Source: an uncultured Candidatus Saccharibacteria bacterium (GTDB taxonomy: Bacteria; Patescibacteriota; CAZHWT01). Taken from it: a stretch of 64,000 nt of DNA. Below, piece by piece: positions 39,901 to 50,054 of this stretch. Where the stretch lies: the NCBI GenBank assembly GCA_964597145.1, contig CAZQWH010000001.1, positions 166,441 to 230,440 on the forward strand. Direction: 5' to 3'. The notes beneath the pieces were generated by a model. It was given only the letters and a program-made list of their open reading frames with translations. It was not told the DNA's origin and searched no databases. The translations under genes were made by a program, and so were the position numbers. Each line of letters begins with the position of its first letter. Positions within the stretch are counted from its first letter, which is position 1.

Positions 39901-40024
39901 CTAGCTAACTCCCATGCTCGAAAGACCACGGTTGATGCGGAAGATCATGTCTTCCATGATCGCGCGTGACGCCACGCCGATAACACCGGCGATGACCAGA
40001 AAAACCATCTTCCTCATCATGCCC
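39901..40024 (-). CDS. Possible small membrane peptide
   Basis: MGMMRKMVFLVIAGVIGV... downstream of a GGAG-type RBS. Confidence 0.35.
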
Positions 40025-40177
40025 ATCTCCTTCTCTAACTGCTCAAAGTCAGTATAACCGAACTTCGGCCAATTCTTCCATCGCGGACTGCGACAGAAAT
40101 CATGCGCCAAGCATAGTGGCAAACCCAGTTGTCGCCACCACAGTCTCCCAGTCTTCCAGCACCAACCCTCCTTTACC

Positions 40178-40372
40178 TTACCGGTCGGGCGGACGATTGT
40201 ACAGAACCGCTGCCGTCCCCACGATAATACAGCCTAATCCTAGAGCCATAAAGAACATCCCTTGATACAGATACTCCTCCGTGATGGGTTTGTCACCACC
40301 AAACCCTGTAAAGAACATGCTAAGAATCAATCCGAAACCAAGCCAAATTAGACTTTTCAAGTTTTTGGGCAT
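40178..40372 (-). CDS. Small two-TM membrane protein
   Basis: MPKNLKSLIWLGFGLIL... with AAGGAG RBS; two hydrophobic helices. Confidence 0.55.
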   Translation of the reverse strand: MPKNLKSLIWLGFGLILSMFFTGFGGDKPITEEYLYQGMFFMALGLGCIIVGTAAVLYNRPPDR

Positions 40373-40536
40373 CAGCTGCTCCTTGTTAGGTGCGAATATA
40401 AACCTATAGTATAATAAATTGATCAAAATGTCAAACTGCCAAGCAACCCAGATGCGAGGCAGCTTAATTCCAGATTAGCTGACCGCTGGGCTATAGATAC
40501 TTTATTGTGGTGTGCTGAATCAGCAAGCGTAGAAAT

Positions 40537-42582
40537 TTGCTCGGCTGTAGTATGATGTTTTTACCTATGCTAACCGCCCGACAATTGTCTGCGAAAATTC
40601 ATGAGTATTTACCCGAGGCTGACACCAGTTTGGTTGAGCGTGCCTACGCCTTTACCAAAAAGGCGCATCAAAGCCAGACCCGTTATTCTGGCGACCCATA
40701 CTTCACCCATTGCCTGGCTGTGGCCCGACATCTGGTAGAAATGCAGCTAGATGTGGCAACTATCGCGGCTGGATTACTTCATGATGTACCAGAAGACACC
40801 ACTATAACTACAGAGCAAATTGCCCATGAATTTGGCGACGACGTAGCCTTCTTGGTAGATGGTGTAACCAAATTAAGCAAAGTCCGCATGAGCCAACAGC
40901 AGGTGGACCAGCAAGTCCAGACCGATCAAACCGATAAAGCCGCTCTCGATCGGGAAAAGACCGCTATGGAGAATTTACGCAAAATGTTCTTAGCCATGGC
41001 CCAAGATATTCGCGTGGTACTAATTAAATTAGCCGACCGTCTGCATAATATGGAAACGTTGGCCGCTGTACCCGAGCACAAGCAGTACCGGATTGCCCGG
41101 GAAACCATAGATATTTACGCGCCGTTAGCCGAGCGGCTGGGAATGGGTGAAGTTAAAGGCCAGCTGCACGATTTAGCCTTCCCCTATATAGACCCCGAAG
41201 GATATAAATGGATTAAGCAGGTATCGGGTCCCATGTACCGCAATACCGAAAAATACTTGCGTCGGGTTATGAGCTTTGTCGAGCACGAGCTGGACCAGCG
41301 TCAAATCCCAGCCTCAATCCATGGCCGCAGTAAGCATTTGTATAGCCTATACCGCAAAATTCAGTCCAAGAGCCGGGATTTTAGCGAAGTATACGATCTA
41401 GTCGCGGTGCGGATTTTAGTAGACGATGTGTCGGAGTGTTACGAGGTTTTAGGCTTACTCCATCACCATTGGAAGCCGCTATTGGGCCGAATTAAAGACT
41501 ACATCGCCTTACCCAAGCCAAATGGTTACCAAAGTTTGCATACCACCGTTTTTTGTCTGGATGGTAAAGTGGTAGAATTCCAGATCCGCACTCATCAAAT
41601 GCATCGAGAGGCAGAGTATGGGATTGCTGCCCATTGGAGCTATAGCACCTATAAAGGCGACGGGCTGCAACAAAAAAGTAACCGTTTAGCTTGGGTGCAG
41701 CAGTTAGCCAGGTGGCAAGAGGACATCTCTTCCAGCCAGGAATTTATGGAAGGGTTAAAAATCGATACCTTTCGTCATCGCATCTTCGTTTTTACACCCA
41801 ATGGCGAAGTGAAAGACTTACCAGTCGGGGCTAAGCCACTAGATTTTGCCTACACGGTTCATACCAAAATTGGTGAATCATGCGCTGGAGCCAAGATTAA
41901 CGGTAAATTAGTAACCTTAAACACCTCGTTAAATAACGGCGATGTGGTAGAAATTTTAACCTCCTCTCGGGCTACCCCTAAATCAGATTGGCTGGATATG
42001 GTTATTACCTCTGGAGCTAAGGCTCACATTCGTAAATACTTGCGCGAGCACCAATCGGAAACCGAGGAGCCAGTTAAGTTGGAGAGTAAAATTGAAGAAA
42101 AGGCGACCACCCGATCGCAGCCGATTAAAGTCCACCCCATCAGCTCCCCAACTGGCGAAGTGGTTGTAGATGGCACGAAGGGTTACCTGGTGCGGTTAGC
42201 TAAATGCTGCAAGCCAGCTATTGGCGATAGTATTATGGGTATAGTCACCGTTAGCGAAGGTATCTCGGTCCATAAGCGCTGGTGCTCTAATATTCAGCAT
42301 GTATCCAATAAAGCTCGCCTCATACCGGTATCCTGGGACGATGATAGTAAGCAGCGAGCCAGTTTGCGACTCGAATCCTACGACAAGCCTGGTTTAACCC
42401 GAGAAGTGGCCAATATCATGGCTCGCCGCCGGGTAAACATTGTGTCTATCACCGGCAGTACTCAGGATGACGGCATTAATGTGATGACTTTAGATGTGGA
42501 TATGCCCAGCCAGGTAAATGTGAATGATGTGGTGAATGATTTGTTGCGACATAAGAGCATCTACTTTGTGGAACGGCAATAA
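40537..42582 (+). CDS. rel: Bifunctional (p)ppGpp synthase/hydrolase (long RSH)
   Basis: HD LLHDVPED, IKLADRLHNM, KPNGYQSLHT, EFQIRT, TGS DFAY.VHT, AKCC.P, ACT domain. Confidence 0.96.
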   Translation: MLGCSMMFLPMLTARQLSAKIHEYLPEADTSLVERAYAFTKKAHQSQTRYSGDPYFTHCLAVARHLVEMQLDVATIAAGLLHDVPEDTTITTEQIAHEFGDDVAFLVDGVTKLSKVRMSQQQVDQQVQTDQTDKAALDREKTAMENLRKMFLAMAQDIRVVLIKLADRLHNMETLAAVPEHKQYRIARETIDIYAPLAERLGMGEVKGQLHDLAFPYIDPEGYKWIKQVSGPMYRNTEKYLRRVMSFVEHELDQRQIPASIHGRSKHLYSLYRKIQSKSRDFSEVYDLVAVRILVDDVSECYEVLGLLHHHWKPLLGRIKDYIALPKPNGYQSLHTTVFCLDGKVVEFQIRTHQMHREAEYGIAAHWSYSTYKGDGLQQKSNRLAWVQQLARWQEDISSSQEFMEGLKIDTFRHRIFVFTPNGEVKDLPVGAKPLDFAYTVHTKIGESCAGAKINGKLVTLNTSLNNGDVVEILTSSRATPKSDWLDMVITSGAKAHIRKYLREHQSETEEPVKLESKIEEKATTRSQPIKVHPISSPTGEVVVDGTKGYLVRLAKCCKPAIGDSIMGIVTVSEGISVHKRWCSNIQHVSNKARLIPVSWDDDSKQRASLRLESYDKPGLTREVANIMARRRVNIVSITGSTQDDGINVMTLDVDMPSQVNVNDVVNDLLRHKSIYFVERQ

Positions 42583-42803
42583 GGCTGGCATAGCCAGTTG
42601 AATATAGGATACAAGATACATAAATGCGGGATGCGGAAGACGAAAGACAGAAGATCGAATTACGGGACTGCTGGACGATTAGATGCGAAATTTGAATATT
42701 GAAATTCAAAACAAATCCTAAGCTCGAAATCAGAAATACCAAACCCAACAACCTAAAGCCCGATATTCGATATACGATCTTCGATCTACGAGCCCCCTTC
42801 CCC

Positions 42804-42840
42804 GTCATTCTGGAATGAAGCCTAGCGAAGAGATAGAATC
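42804..42840 (+). repeat. REP-like element GTCATTCTGG...GATAGAATC
   Basis: Near-identical copy at 48672-48708; reversed copies at 59824-59857 and 60880-60978. Confidence 0.75.
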
Positions 42841-42843
42841 CCT

Positions 42844-42896
42844 TCTACAGTCTACAGTCTACAGTCTACAGTCTACAGTCTACAGTCTACAGTCTA
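42844..42896 (+). repeat. Perfect heptamer tandem repeat (TCTACAG)x7.6
   Basis: Read directly; abuts the TGGTATAAT -10 element upstream of aspS. Confidence 0.95.
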
Positions 42897-42936
42897 AACC
42901 TATGGTATAATCATCTCAGATAAATAAGGAAACCAT

Positions 42937-44262
42937 ATGACAGAACGAACTTTAACCAAAAATATTGTGAAACAAGTTGGTAAGCAGGTGCGGATTGCCG
43001 GCTGGGTGGCCAATCGCCGCGATCATGGCAAAATTACTTTTTTAGATATTCGTGACCGCAGTGGAATTGCGCAGTTGGTGGGCATTAAGCTAGAAGCGGT
43101 GCCTAATATGTTCGATACGGTAGAAATAGTGGGCCTGGTGAAGCAGCGCCCCGAAAAAATGGTTAACCCCGACTTAGCCACCGGAACTGTCGAAATCGAG
43201 ATTGAGTCACTCAAGATTCTCAACCCCGCGGCCGAACTACCCTTTGACATGGGTGGCCTCAATCTCGATGTGTCACTCCCAACCTTATTAGATTACCGAG
43301 CACTAACCCTACGTCATCCCAGGGTGGCGTCAATTTTCAAAGTCCAAGCCAAGATTGTGGAAGGTTTTCGTCAAGCTGCCGAGGCTGTCGGGTGTACAGA
43401 GGTATTCCCACCAACAGTCTCTGCTTCTTCTACCGAAGGAGGAGCTGAGGTGCTCAAGGTGGATTATTTCGGGCATCCCGCCTTCCTTGTCCAAAGCCCT
43501 CAACTGTATAAACAAATGATGGTTGGCGTGCTGGAACGGGTCTATTTAATTTCCCATATCTACCGGGCTGAGCCATCGGTCACTACTCGGCACTTGGTAG
43601 AGTCGGTGCAGATGGATTGCGAAATTGGTTTTATTGACTCGTTTAATCAGCTGTGCGACATAATGGAACAAACATTTGCTCAGACAATTGCTAACGCTCA
43701 AAAGGCAGCAGCGGAGGAGTTGCGGTATTTGGAAGTAAAGCCCTCTCAGGTCACACATAAAATTCCCCGACTAAAAATGCGGGAAGCTCAGCAAATTATC
43801 TTTGAACGAACTGGAGTAGACCATCGGACAGAAAAAGACCTAATGCCAGAGGATGAGCGGGAAATTGCGGCATGGGCACTGGAAGAACATAGGTCAGATT
43901 TAGTCACCATTACCCATTTCCCTACCACTAAGCGCGCCTTTTATACCATGCCCGACCCGAAAGATCCAGAATATAGCCTAAGCTACGACTTACTCTACAA
44001 GGGTTTAGAAATTTGCTCGGGTAGCCAGCGAATTGATAATGTGGATCAATTAACACAAGTTATTCGCGACCGCGGCATGAACCCAGCCGATTTTGCGCTG
44101 TATCTGCAAGCATTCCAGTACGGTATGCCTCCCCATGGCGGTTTTTCCTACGGTTTAGAGCGCACGACCATGAAAATGCTCAACTTGGCGAATATCCGCG
44201 AAGCTAGCCTATTCCCTCGAGATATGGAGAGGGTCGACTTCCGCTTCAGCAAAAATGATTAG
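42937..44262 (+). CDS. aspS: Aspartyl-tRNA synthetase, archaeal/non-discriminating type
   Basis: 441 aa; GWV..RRDHG, TEGGA, L.QSPQLYKQ, SG.QR, YGMPPHGGF.YGLER, FPRD. Confidence 0.93.
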   Translation: MTERTLTKNIVKQVGKQVRIAGWVANRRDHGKITFLDIRDRSGIAQLVGIKLEAVPNMFDTVEIVGLVKQRPEKMVNPDLATGTVEIEIESLKILNPAAELPFDMGGLNLDVSLPTLLDYRALTLRHPRVASIFKVQAKIVEGFRQAAEAVGCTEVFPPTVSASSTEGGAEVLKVDYFGHPAFLVQSPQLYKQMMVGVLERVYLISHIYRAEPSVTTRHLVESVQMDCEIGFIDSFNQLCDIMEQTFAQTIANAQKAAAEELRYLEVKPSQVTHKIPRLKMREAQQIIFERTGVDHRTEKDLMPEDEREIAAWALEEHRSDLVTITHFPTTKRAFYTMPDPKDPEYSLSYDLLYKGLEICSGSQRIDNVDQLTQVIRDRGMNPADFALYLQAFQYGMPPHGGFSYGLERTTMKMLNLANIREASLFPRDMERVDFRFSKND

Positions 44263-44327
44263 GTAGATTTTAATAATTCGGGATGGGTACAGGGATTGAG
44301 GGTTCTACCCTCAATCCCTGTACTAGT

Positions 44328-44792
44328 TTAGTCACAGTCCCAGCGGATGTTGGGACTAACGTTGAAGCAAGGGTGACGGTCGCCAATTTCATTAAGTACT
44401 TGTATGGTTTGTTCTCTCCACCGGCAATCCCACTGTTGGAGATCCCGATGAAGTAAACAATCACTAGCCGATGACTCATCCAAGAATAGAGCCACCACCT
44501 TATTAGTGTGCCCGCCCCAAAAGAGAGGAAAGGCAATATCTTCGAATGGACCTCCCTTAACTCGGTCAAAGAGCCAGATACCCCGCTCGGCGGTAATCCC
44601 GACTGAAGTACCATCCTCCAATCTGAACGGCTTGGGAGTACCCTCCGGCCCCTCAATAGACACGAGTCGCTCCACCGTCGGCCATTCCTTCTCACCCCAC
44701 CGCTGATCGGTGATCTGGTATAGAGATTCACTCGCAGTTACGGCAAAAAACTCATGGAGTAGATCGGCCTCAACTACAGTCTCTGTATCCAT
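44328..44792 (-). CDS. Hypothetical protein
   Basis: 154-aa ORF with an RBS-like purine tract. Confidence 0.6.
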   Translation of the reverse strand: MDTETVVEADLLHEFFAVTASESLYQITDQRWGEKEWPTVERLVSIEGPEGTPKPFRLEDGTSVGITAERGIWLFDRVKGGPFEDIAFPLFWGGHTNKVVALFLDESSASDCLLHRDLQQWDCRWREQTIQVLNEIGDRHPCFNVSPNIRWDCD

Positions 44793-45175
44793 GCCTCATC
44801 CTTTCTCGGGTTTTCTGGACTACACTTTGTCCAGCATGACAGAGCTATACCACTCTAGTCGTTATTACTCAACCACCGACTGCCAAATTATTCTCTCCAG
44901 GAGGCATTCTTTTGAGCTTTATATGGTGGCTGATAGCCAACATTCGATAATTTTATGGGTTATCCCTCGATTAGGTTGAGAACCAACTCTGTACCAATTA
45001 TGCTTTGTGATATGCACTCAATAGAACCTAGAATCTAAAACTATTCGACTACGCTCATAGCCATGGTAAATAAGGTAAATCGAGCGGAAGGCACTAAATA
45101 GCATGAGTAAGAGCGCTCTGTTAAATAGGGGGCAGCTTAAGTTGTGCCATAGATGCAAATATGCTGCAGCGGCAA

Positions 45176-46321
45176 TTAATTCGCGCCCAGCAAAGCCCGG
45201 ACAAACTCTTGATCAATCGCTGGAACATAGCCTACCCAGCGGGCATCGCCCACGTCGGTATTGGCCCGGCCTTCAAACATCCATACCGGCTGGACATAGT
45301 CGGAGTTTTTGCTATCGGGCTCTAGATAACACAGAGTAATAAATAAGACGCGCCCGCTCATAAATGACGATGGTGCTGTATCACTGTTAATGGGGTTAAC
45401 CGAAACTAAGTAAGAGCCAATGGCATTTTTAAACATTTCGAAGGCGGTTTGTGCGGTAATAATCGGATAAGTAGCAGATTTAGTAAGTTGGATAGGAAAA
45501 TAGTTGTTTTCCAAATCAACGATTTGGTCAATTTCTAAGGCAGTGGATCGATCATCCTCAACCTTAATTGTTTCTGGGACAATCACTATAGAAATTGGGC
45601 CAAACTTCCCACCGGCGGAGTAGACAGGTAAGTCGTTAATTTTTTGGCGGAGAAAGGTGGCTTGGGCGTAGTTAGTTGGTGCCACAGCTGTGCTGCTCTG
45701 CGGTACGTAACGGCCATTTACCGGATTAACAAATTGAACATCCGGCGCGTCGTACTGCAAATCAGGATATTGGAATTGGCTGCGAATAAATTGGCTGGTT
45801 TGTTGGCCAATCGGCGAGAAACGGCTAAAGCTCTGGCGGCGGGCAAAATTAATCCGGCTAATATCTACCGACAAGTCAAAAGTTTGGTTGTTCAAATTTA
45901 AAATCAGCGACCGAATACCCTCCCCCCATTTAAAAGTGGAGGGGGTTGGCTGGGTAGGGCTAGTGGTAAAACCAAGATTAGTAGCCCGCGCTCTAGCCCG
46001 GTCTTGAGCGCTCAGCGACAGGGCCGAATCCGCTGCCCGATAGACAATTGCCGAACTACTTGCTTCGGGGTAAGTACCGCTCACTAAATCTAGTTGAATG
46101 GTGGCAGTTTCCGTAGTTACGTCCGCTAAGGGTAAAACAGGTTGGTTAATTTGGCCAAACGCAGCTGTGGGCAGGTTAGTGGCCTGTTCGGTTGTAGCAT
46201 CGCCAGTTAAGGCTCCCACGATGGCAAAGAATATGCGCCCAACAATTAAAACCACCACTACAGCACCAAATCCAACGGCAAAAACGCGAGTCATTTTTTT
46301 AGCACGGGTTAGTGAGGTCAT
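45176..46321 (-). CDS. Membrane-anchored extracellular hypothetical protein
   Basis: N-terminal TM helix; C-terminal YPI..A..AF...YVQPVWMFEG...YVPAI pattern; likely ATG at 46321. Confidence 0.75.
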   Translation of the reverse strand: MTSLTRAKKMTRVFAVGFGAVVVVLIVGRIFFAIVGALTGDATTEQATNLPTAAFGQINQPVLPLADVTTETATIQLDLVSGTYPEASSSAIVYRAADSALSLSAQDRARARATNLGFTTSPTQPTPSTFKWGEGIRSLILNLNNQTFDLSVDISRINFARRQSFSRFSPIGQQTSQFIRSQFQYPDLQYDAPDVQFVNPVNGRYVPQSSTAVAPTNYAQATFLRQKINDLPVYSAGGKFGPISIVIVPETIKVEDDRSTALEIDQIVDLENNYFPIQLTKSATYPIITAQTAFEMFKNAIGSYLVSVNPINSDTAPSSFMSGRVLFITLCYLEPDSKNSDYVQPVWMFEGRANTDVGDARWVGYVPAIDQEFVRALLGAN

Positions 46322-46611
46322 GGGCAGGAACGTAATGCAAAACGCAAAAGTCAAAGGTCAAAAGTTCAGTTAAAAAGTTAAAACTACCATAGTATAATGC
46401 TTGACCGTTACTTTGACTATTATTATAGCAACATATGTTTAAAGCACACAATTAGACGAAGGTTTATCAGAAACATAATCAGCTTTGAGTTTTTACACCG
46501 CACTTTTGGCCTACACACTTTGAGTTTTAACTTATACAAACCAGAGTATAGAGAGAATATTTTAAACAGTTTAAAGAAACATTCTCAGATAAGCCATGCT
46601 ATAATACCCTC

Positions 46612-48033
46612 ATGTCTGTACGTACTCGCATCGCCCCATCACCCACCGGATTCCCTCATGTCGGCACCGCTTATCAATCGTTATTCGATTATGTTTGGGC
46701 CAAAAAACACGACGGTCAGTTTGTGTTGCGATTAGAAGACACCGACCGGGCCCGATTGGTAGAAGGAGCAGATAAAAACATTTACGAAATGCTACGCTGG
46801 TTGGGTTTGCCCTTCGATGAAGGTCCCGATATTGGCGGACCATACGCTCCGTATGTGCAATCGGAGCGGCTCGATGTGTATCAGCAACAGGTTCAAACCT
46901 TGCTTAAGAATGGCCATGCCTATTACTGTTTTTGCTCAGCCGATCGATTGGCCGAAATGCGGTTAAAGCAGCAACAGCAGCATTTGCCTCCCAAATACGA
47001 CCGCCTTTGCCTTAGCTTATCCAAGGCCGAAGTGACCGAACAATTGGCCCAAGGCACTCCCCACGTCGTCCGCATGAAAGTACCCCAAGGTCAAACCAGC
47101 TTTACCGATCGCATTCGCGGCACCATTACTTTCCAAAATGCCGAGATTGATGATCAAGTTCTACTCAAGTCAGACGGTTTCCCCACCTACCACTTGGCGG
47201 TGGTGGTAGACGATAATGCCATGCATATTACCGATATTATTCGTGGCGAAGAATGGATTTCATCAACACCCAAGCACATCTTGCTCTACCAATTCTTTGG
47301 TTGGGACGTGCCGGTATTTACTCATTTACCCTTATTATTAAATAACGATAAGTCTAAGTTATCCAAACGCAAAAACGATGTATCGTTGTTATCCTACAAA
47401 GAGCAAGGATACTTGCCAGAGGCACTACTCAACTTTTTAGCTCAGCAAGGCTGGTCGCACCCAGAAGGTAAAGATATCTATTCAATCGATGAAATGATTA
47501 GTCTATTCACTTGGGATCGGGTGCCCAAAACCGGCTCAATCTTTAGTTTCGAAAAAATGCAGTGGTTTAACGGGCAATATATTCGGGCGTACAGTGCTGA
47601 GCGTTTAGCCAGTATGGTGGAGGAGTATTCCCGCCACCCTGCATCCGAGATTAAGCGCGTATTGCCACTGGTACACGACCGATTAACGGTTTTAGGCGAG
47701 TTCGACGAACTAGTAGAGTATTTGTACGACACCTTGGACTATGATACAGCCTGGCTGATCGGTAAAAATCAAACGGTTGAGTTGACCCGCGAACTATTAG
47801 AAGCAATGCAAGGTCGGCTAATGAAGTTAGACAGTTGGGAGCAGGAGCCATGGGAGTCGGCGCTACGTGGCTTAGCCGAGGAACAAGGAATCAAGGCTGG
47901 CCAACTATTTATGACGTTACGCGTGGCCATTACCTTTACCAAAGCCTCCCCTCCATTACGAGAATCAATGGAATTACTGGGTCGAGATGAGTCAATTAAA
48001 CGTATAGAGTTGGCAATAAAAAAGCTGGATTAA
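46612..48033 (+). CDS. gltX: Glutamate--tRNA ligase
   Basis: RTRIAPSPTG.PHVG, LRLEDTD, PTYHLA.VVDD, RGEEW, KLSKR. Confidence 0.98.
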   Translation: MSVRTRIAPSPTGFPHVGTAYQSLFDYVWAKKHDGQFVLRLEDTDRARLVEGADKNIYEMLRWLGLPFDEGPDIGGPYAPYVQSERLDVYQQQVQTLLKNGHAYYCFCSADRLAEMRLKQQQQHLPPKYDRLCLSLSKAEVTEQLAQGTPHVVRMKVPQGQTSFTDRIRGTITFQNAEIDDQVLLKSDGFPTYHLAVVVDDNAMHITDIIRGEEWISSTPKHILLYQFFGWDVPVFTHLPLLLNNDKSKLSKRKNDVSLLSYKEQGYLPEALLNFLAQQGWSHPEGKDIYSIDEMISLFTWDRVPKTGSIFSFEKMQWFNGQYIRAYSAERLASMVEEYSRHPASEIKRVLPLVHDRLTVLGEFDELVEYLYDTLDYDTAWLIGKNQTVELTRELLEAMQGRLMKLDSWEQEPWESALRGLAEEQGIKAGQLFMTLRVAITFTKASPPLRESMELLGRDESIKRIELAIKKLD

Positions 48034-48055
48034 GTTTATAATCTGAAAGGTATAT

Positions 48056-48316
48056 ATGGGGTTTATCTTTGTAATTATCTGGCTGGTAGTAGCAATAGGG
48101 TTGCGCACTAGCCTAGTGAAATGGCAAAAACGCCAAAATCAGGCATGGGCTATGCGGGTGCTGGAAGTTATAGGAATAGCTTTGTTTAGCCTGCTTGCTA
48201 CCTATCTAGCCATAAAGGTGCTTTATGAGGAGATTTACCCCTGCATGTTTATTGATAACTATTATTGCAATTTCTGGGGCACGCAATACTGGGATTTGTT
48301 TGGTATAGAATTTTAA
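48056..48316 (+). CDS. Small membrane protein
   Basis: Two hydrophobic segments. Confidence 0.55.
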   Translation: MGFIFVIIWLVVAIGLRTSLVKWQKRQNQAWAMRVLEVIGIALFSLLATYLAIKVLYEEIYPCMFIDNYYCNFWGTQYWDLFGIEF

Positions 48317-48334
48317 TGAAATCAGGAGGCAACC

Positions 48335-48517
48335 ATGAAAAAACTACTACGATCAAAACATAATCGGGTGATTGCCGGAGTGGCAGCCGGGATGGCCCAG
48401 TACCTCAATATCGACCCAACCGTCGTTAGAATTCTGTGGGCCCTACTCTTATTGCCTGGAGGCATTCCTGGCCTAGTTCTGTACATTGTTTGCTGGATAA
48501 TTATTCCTGAAGAGTGA
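48335..48517 (+). CDS. PspC-domain protein
   Basis: KKL.RS..NR.IAGVAAG.A.YLNIDPTVVRI.W...YIVCWIIIPEE. Confidence 0.93.
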   Translation: MKKLLRSKHNRVIAGVAAGMAQYLNIDPTVVRILWALLLLPGGIPGLVLYIVCWIIIPEE

Positions 48518-48671
48518 GTAGTTGGCAGGGCGCATGGAGTGTGCAAGATTAGTTACTGCTAATTAGCCAGCACTTGTTGCTCTGAGTTGGTGATTTTGGT
48601 ACAATCCGAAGCGCTGTCATAGACAGCACAGTAGCTGGTATTTGGTATCTTGTATGGGTTATATAGGCGTA

Positions 48672-48740
48672 GTCATTCTGGACTGAAGCCAAGCGTAAGG
48701 ATAGAATCTCTATCTACTAACTACAGTCTACGAACTACTG
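48672..48740 (+). repeat. REP-like element plus degenerate (TCTACAG)-type heptamers
   Basis: GTCATTCTGGACTGAAGCCAAGCGTAAGGATAGAATC followed by TCTACTAACTACAGTCTACGAACTACT. Confidence 0.7.
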
Positions 48741-48997
48741 CAAGCAAAGCTTGCTGCGGCATCACCTCAACCGTCAGGTTGAGTAACCAGCTATAATGAA
48801 GGAAGCTTAACGGATAAGAACTAAATAATTGCTGCGAGATGGTGCTACGTAGTGGTTTTCTCTATGCCAACGAGCAATAGAATAGGCAAATTATGGATGA
48901 CGAAATATAATTGAGTCCAATTGCATCACATTCCGATGGAACATCGGAAAAGGCTTTGAAAGTTGGAAGAGATAATTTAATATAGTCAGACTAATAT

Positions 48998-49071
48998 TGG
49001 CGGATGGTGAAATGGCATCACACCACTCTCTGGAAGTGGCATTCTTGGTTCGAGTCCAGGTCCGCCAGCCA
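48998..49071 (+). tRNA. tRNA-Gln(CTG)
   Basis: TGGCGGA...CCACT-CTCTGGA-AGTGG...CTTGG-TTCGAGT-CCAGG-TCCGCCA-G-CCA. Confidence 0.96.
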
Positions 49072-49134
49072 AGCAAAGTGCCCAACGATTGAGTTGGGCT
49101 TTTTGCTTGCTTGTGGGCTACAGAATCGGATCAA

Positions 49135-49244
49135 CTAGGTTCGAAGATAGGAGAATAACTATAGCTGACTGGTTCATGCTATAGTTGTGAACTACTCTCG
49201 CGGGAATTGTGGGACAATTCCGCGGCGACCAGGTCCGCCAGCCA
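49135..49244 (+). repeat. Duplicate of the tRNA-Gln T-arm/3' end split by an 84-nt insert
   Basis: CTAGGTTCGA at 49135-49144; CCAGGTCCGCCAGCCA at 49229-49244 identical to 49056-49071. Confidence 0.85.
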
Positions 49245-49279
49245 TGGTTGGTTGATTATTCTTCTGATATACTCTAAGG

Positions 49280-49699
49280 ATGCTGATATCCCAGCGAATG
49301 ACCAGAGCTCAAAAAGTTGCTGCGGCCCTAGGTGTCTTTGCCTTGCTAGTTATTTTTGTTTCCGCACTTAATCGCCAATTTATTGTAAAAACATATAGCA
49401 ACCTGGTGCTCGTAAATTCTGAGCAGTTTTTACCTTGCGAGCAACTGCCCGAAATTGAGAAAGTTGAGCAAAAGTATGAAGAAAATCAGGAGCTGCGAAT
49501 TCAGCTGCAGCAGATTTCGCCAAATCTGGCCGTATCCGTAGAGAGGGATAAAGCAGCAGATATCGGACTCGATACCTGGCAATGCCCAGGTAAGGCTGAT
49601 ATTCTGATAACTGTCCAATCAGAAGAACATCGTCAAAATATTTCGCAAATTGTTGGAAATAGTTTTGATGGCGTTCCATATAGAATTATCAATTATTAG
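49280..49699 (+). CDS. Membrane-anchored hypothetical protein
   Basis: N-terminal TM; LPCEQLP...CPGKADI...F.GVPY. Confidence 0.75.
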   Translation: MLISQRMTRAQKVAAALGVFALLVIFVSALNRQFIVKTYSNLVLVNSEQFLPCEQLPEIEKVEQKYEENQELRIQLQQISPNLAVSVERDKAADIGLDTWQCPGKADILITVQSEEHRQNISQIVGNSFDGVPYRIINY

Positions 49700-50054
49700 C
49701 TGGCTCAGCGAGCACCATTGAATTCACACCCTCATAATAAGTTCCTACATAGTCCAAGCATGCCAGCCAAGTGAATCTATCTCAGACAAAAAACCGTGTT
49801 GCCCACGGTTTTTGTTGTTCCTAAGCTTGTATCATCAGCTTAAACATCAGTTCTAATCCATGTTCTCCTATCTTCAAATTAGTCTATTGAAATGCACTTA
49901 GCCTATTGTCTGGATCAAATGCTTCTAATTCATCACAGACTAATATAGAAATGAGTCAGTTTTTAAAAGAATCTCTGTTTAATTTTAGCTTGACGCTCAT
50001 GTTACACTTTAAACGTCCTGTCGGCAGAGTACGATTACTTCAAAGGAGAGAGTC

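Noticed and set aside
46397-46735. 112-aa ORF overlapping the gltX start, and similar ORFs at 42476-42808 and 60741-60977
   Set aside because: They run through heptamer or REP repeats and have no RBS or protein-like motifs
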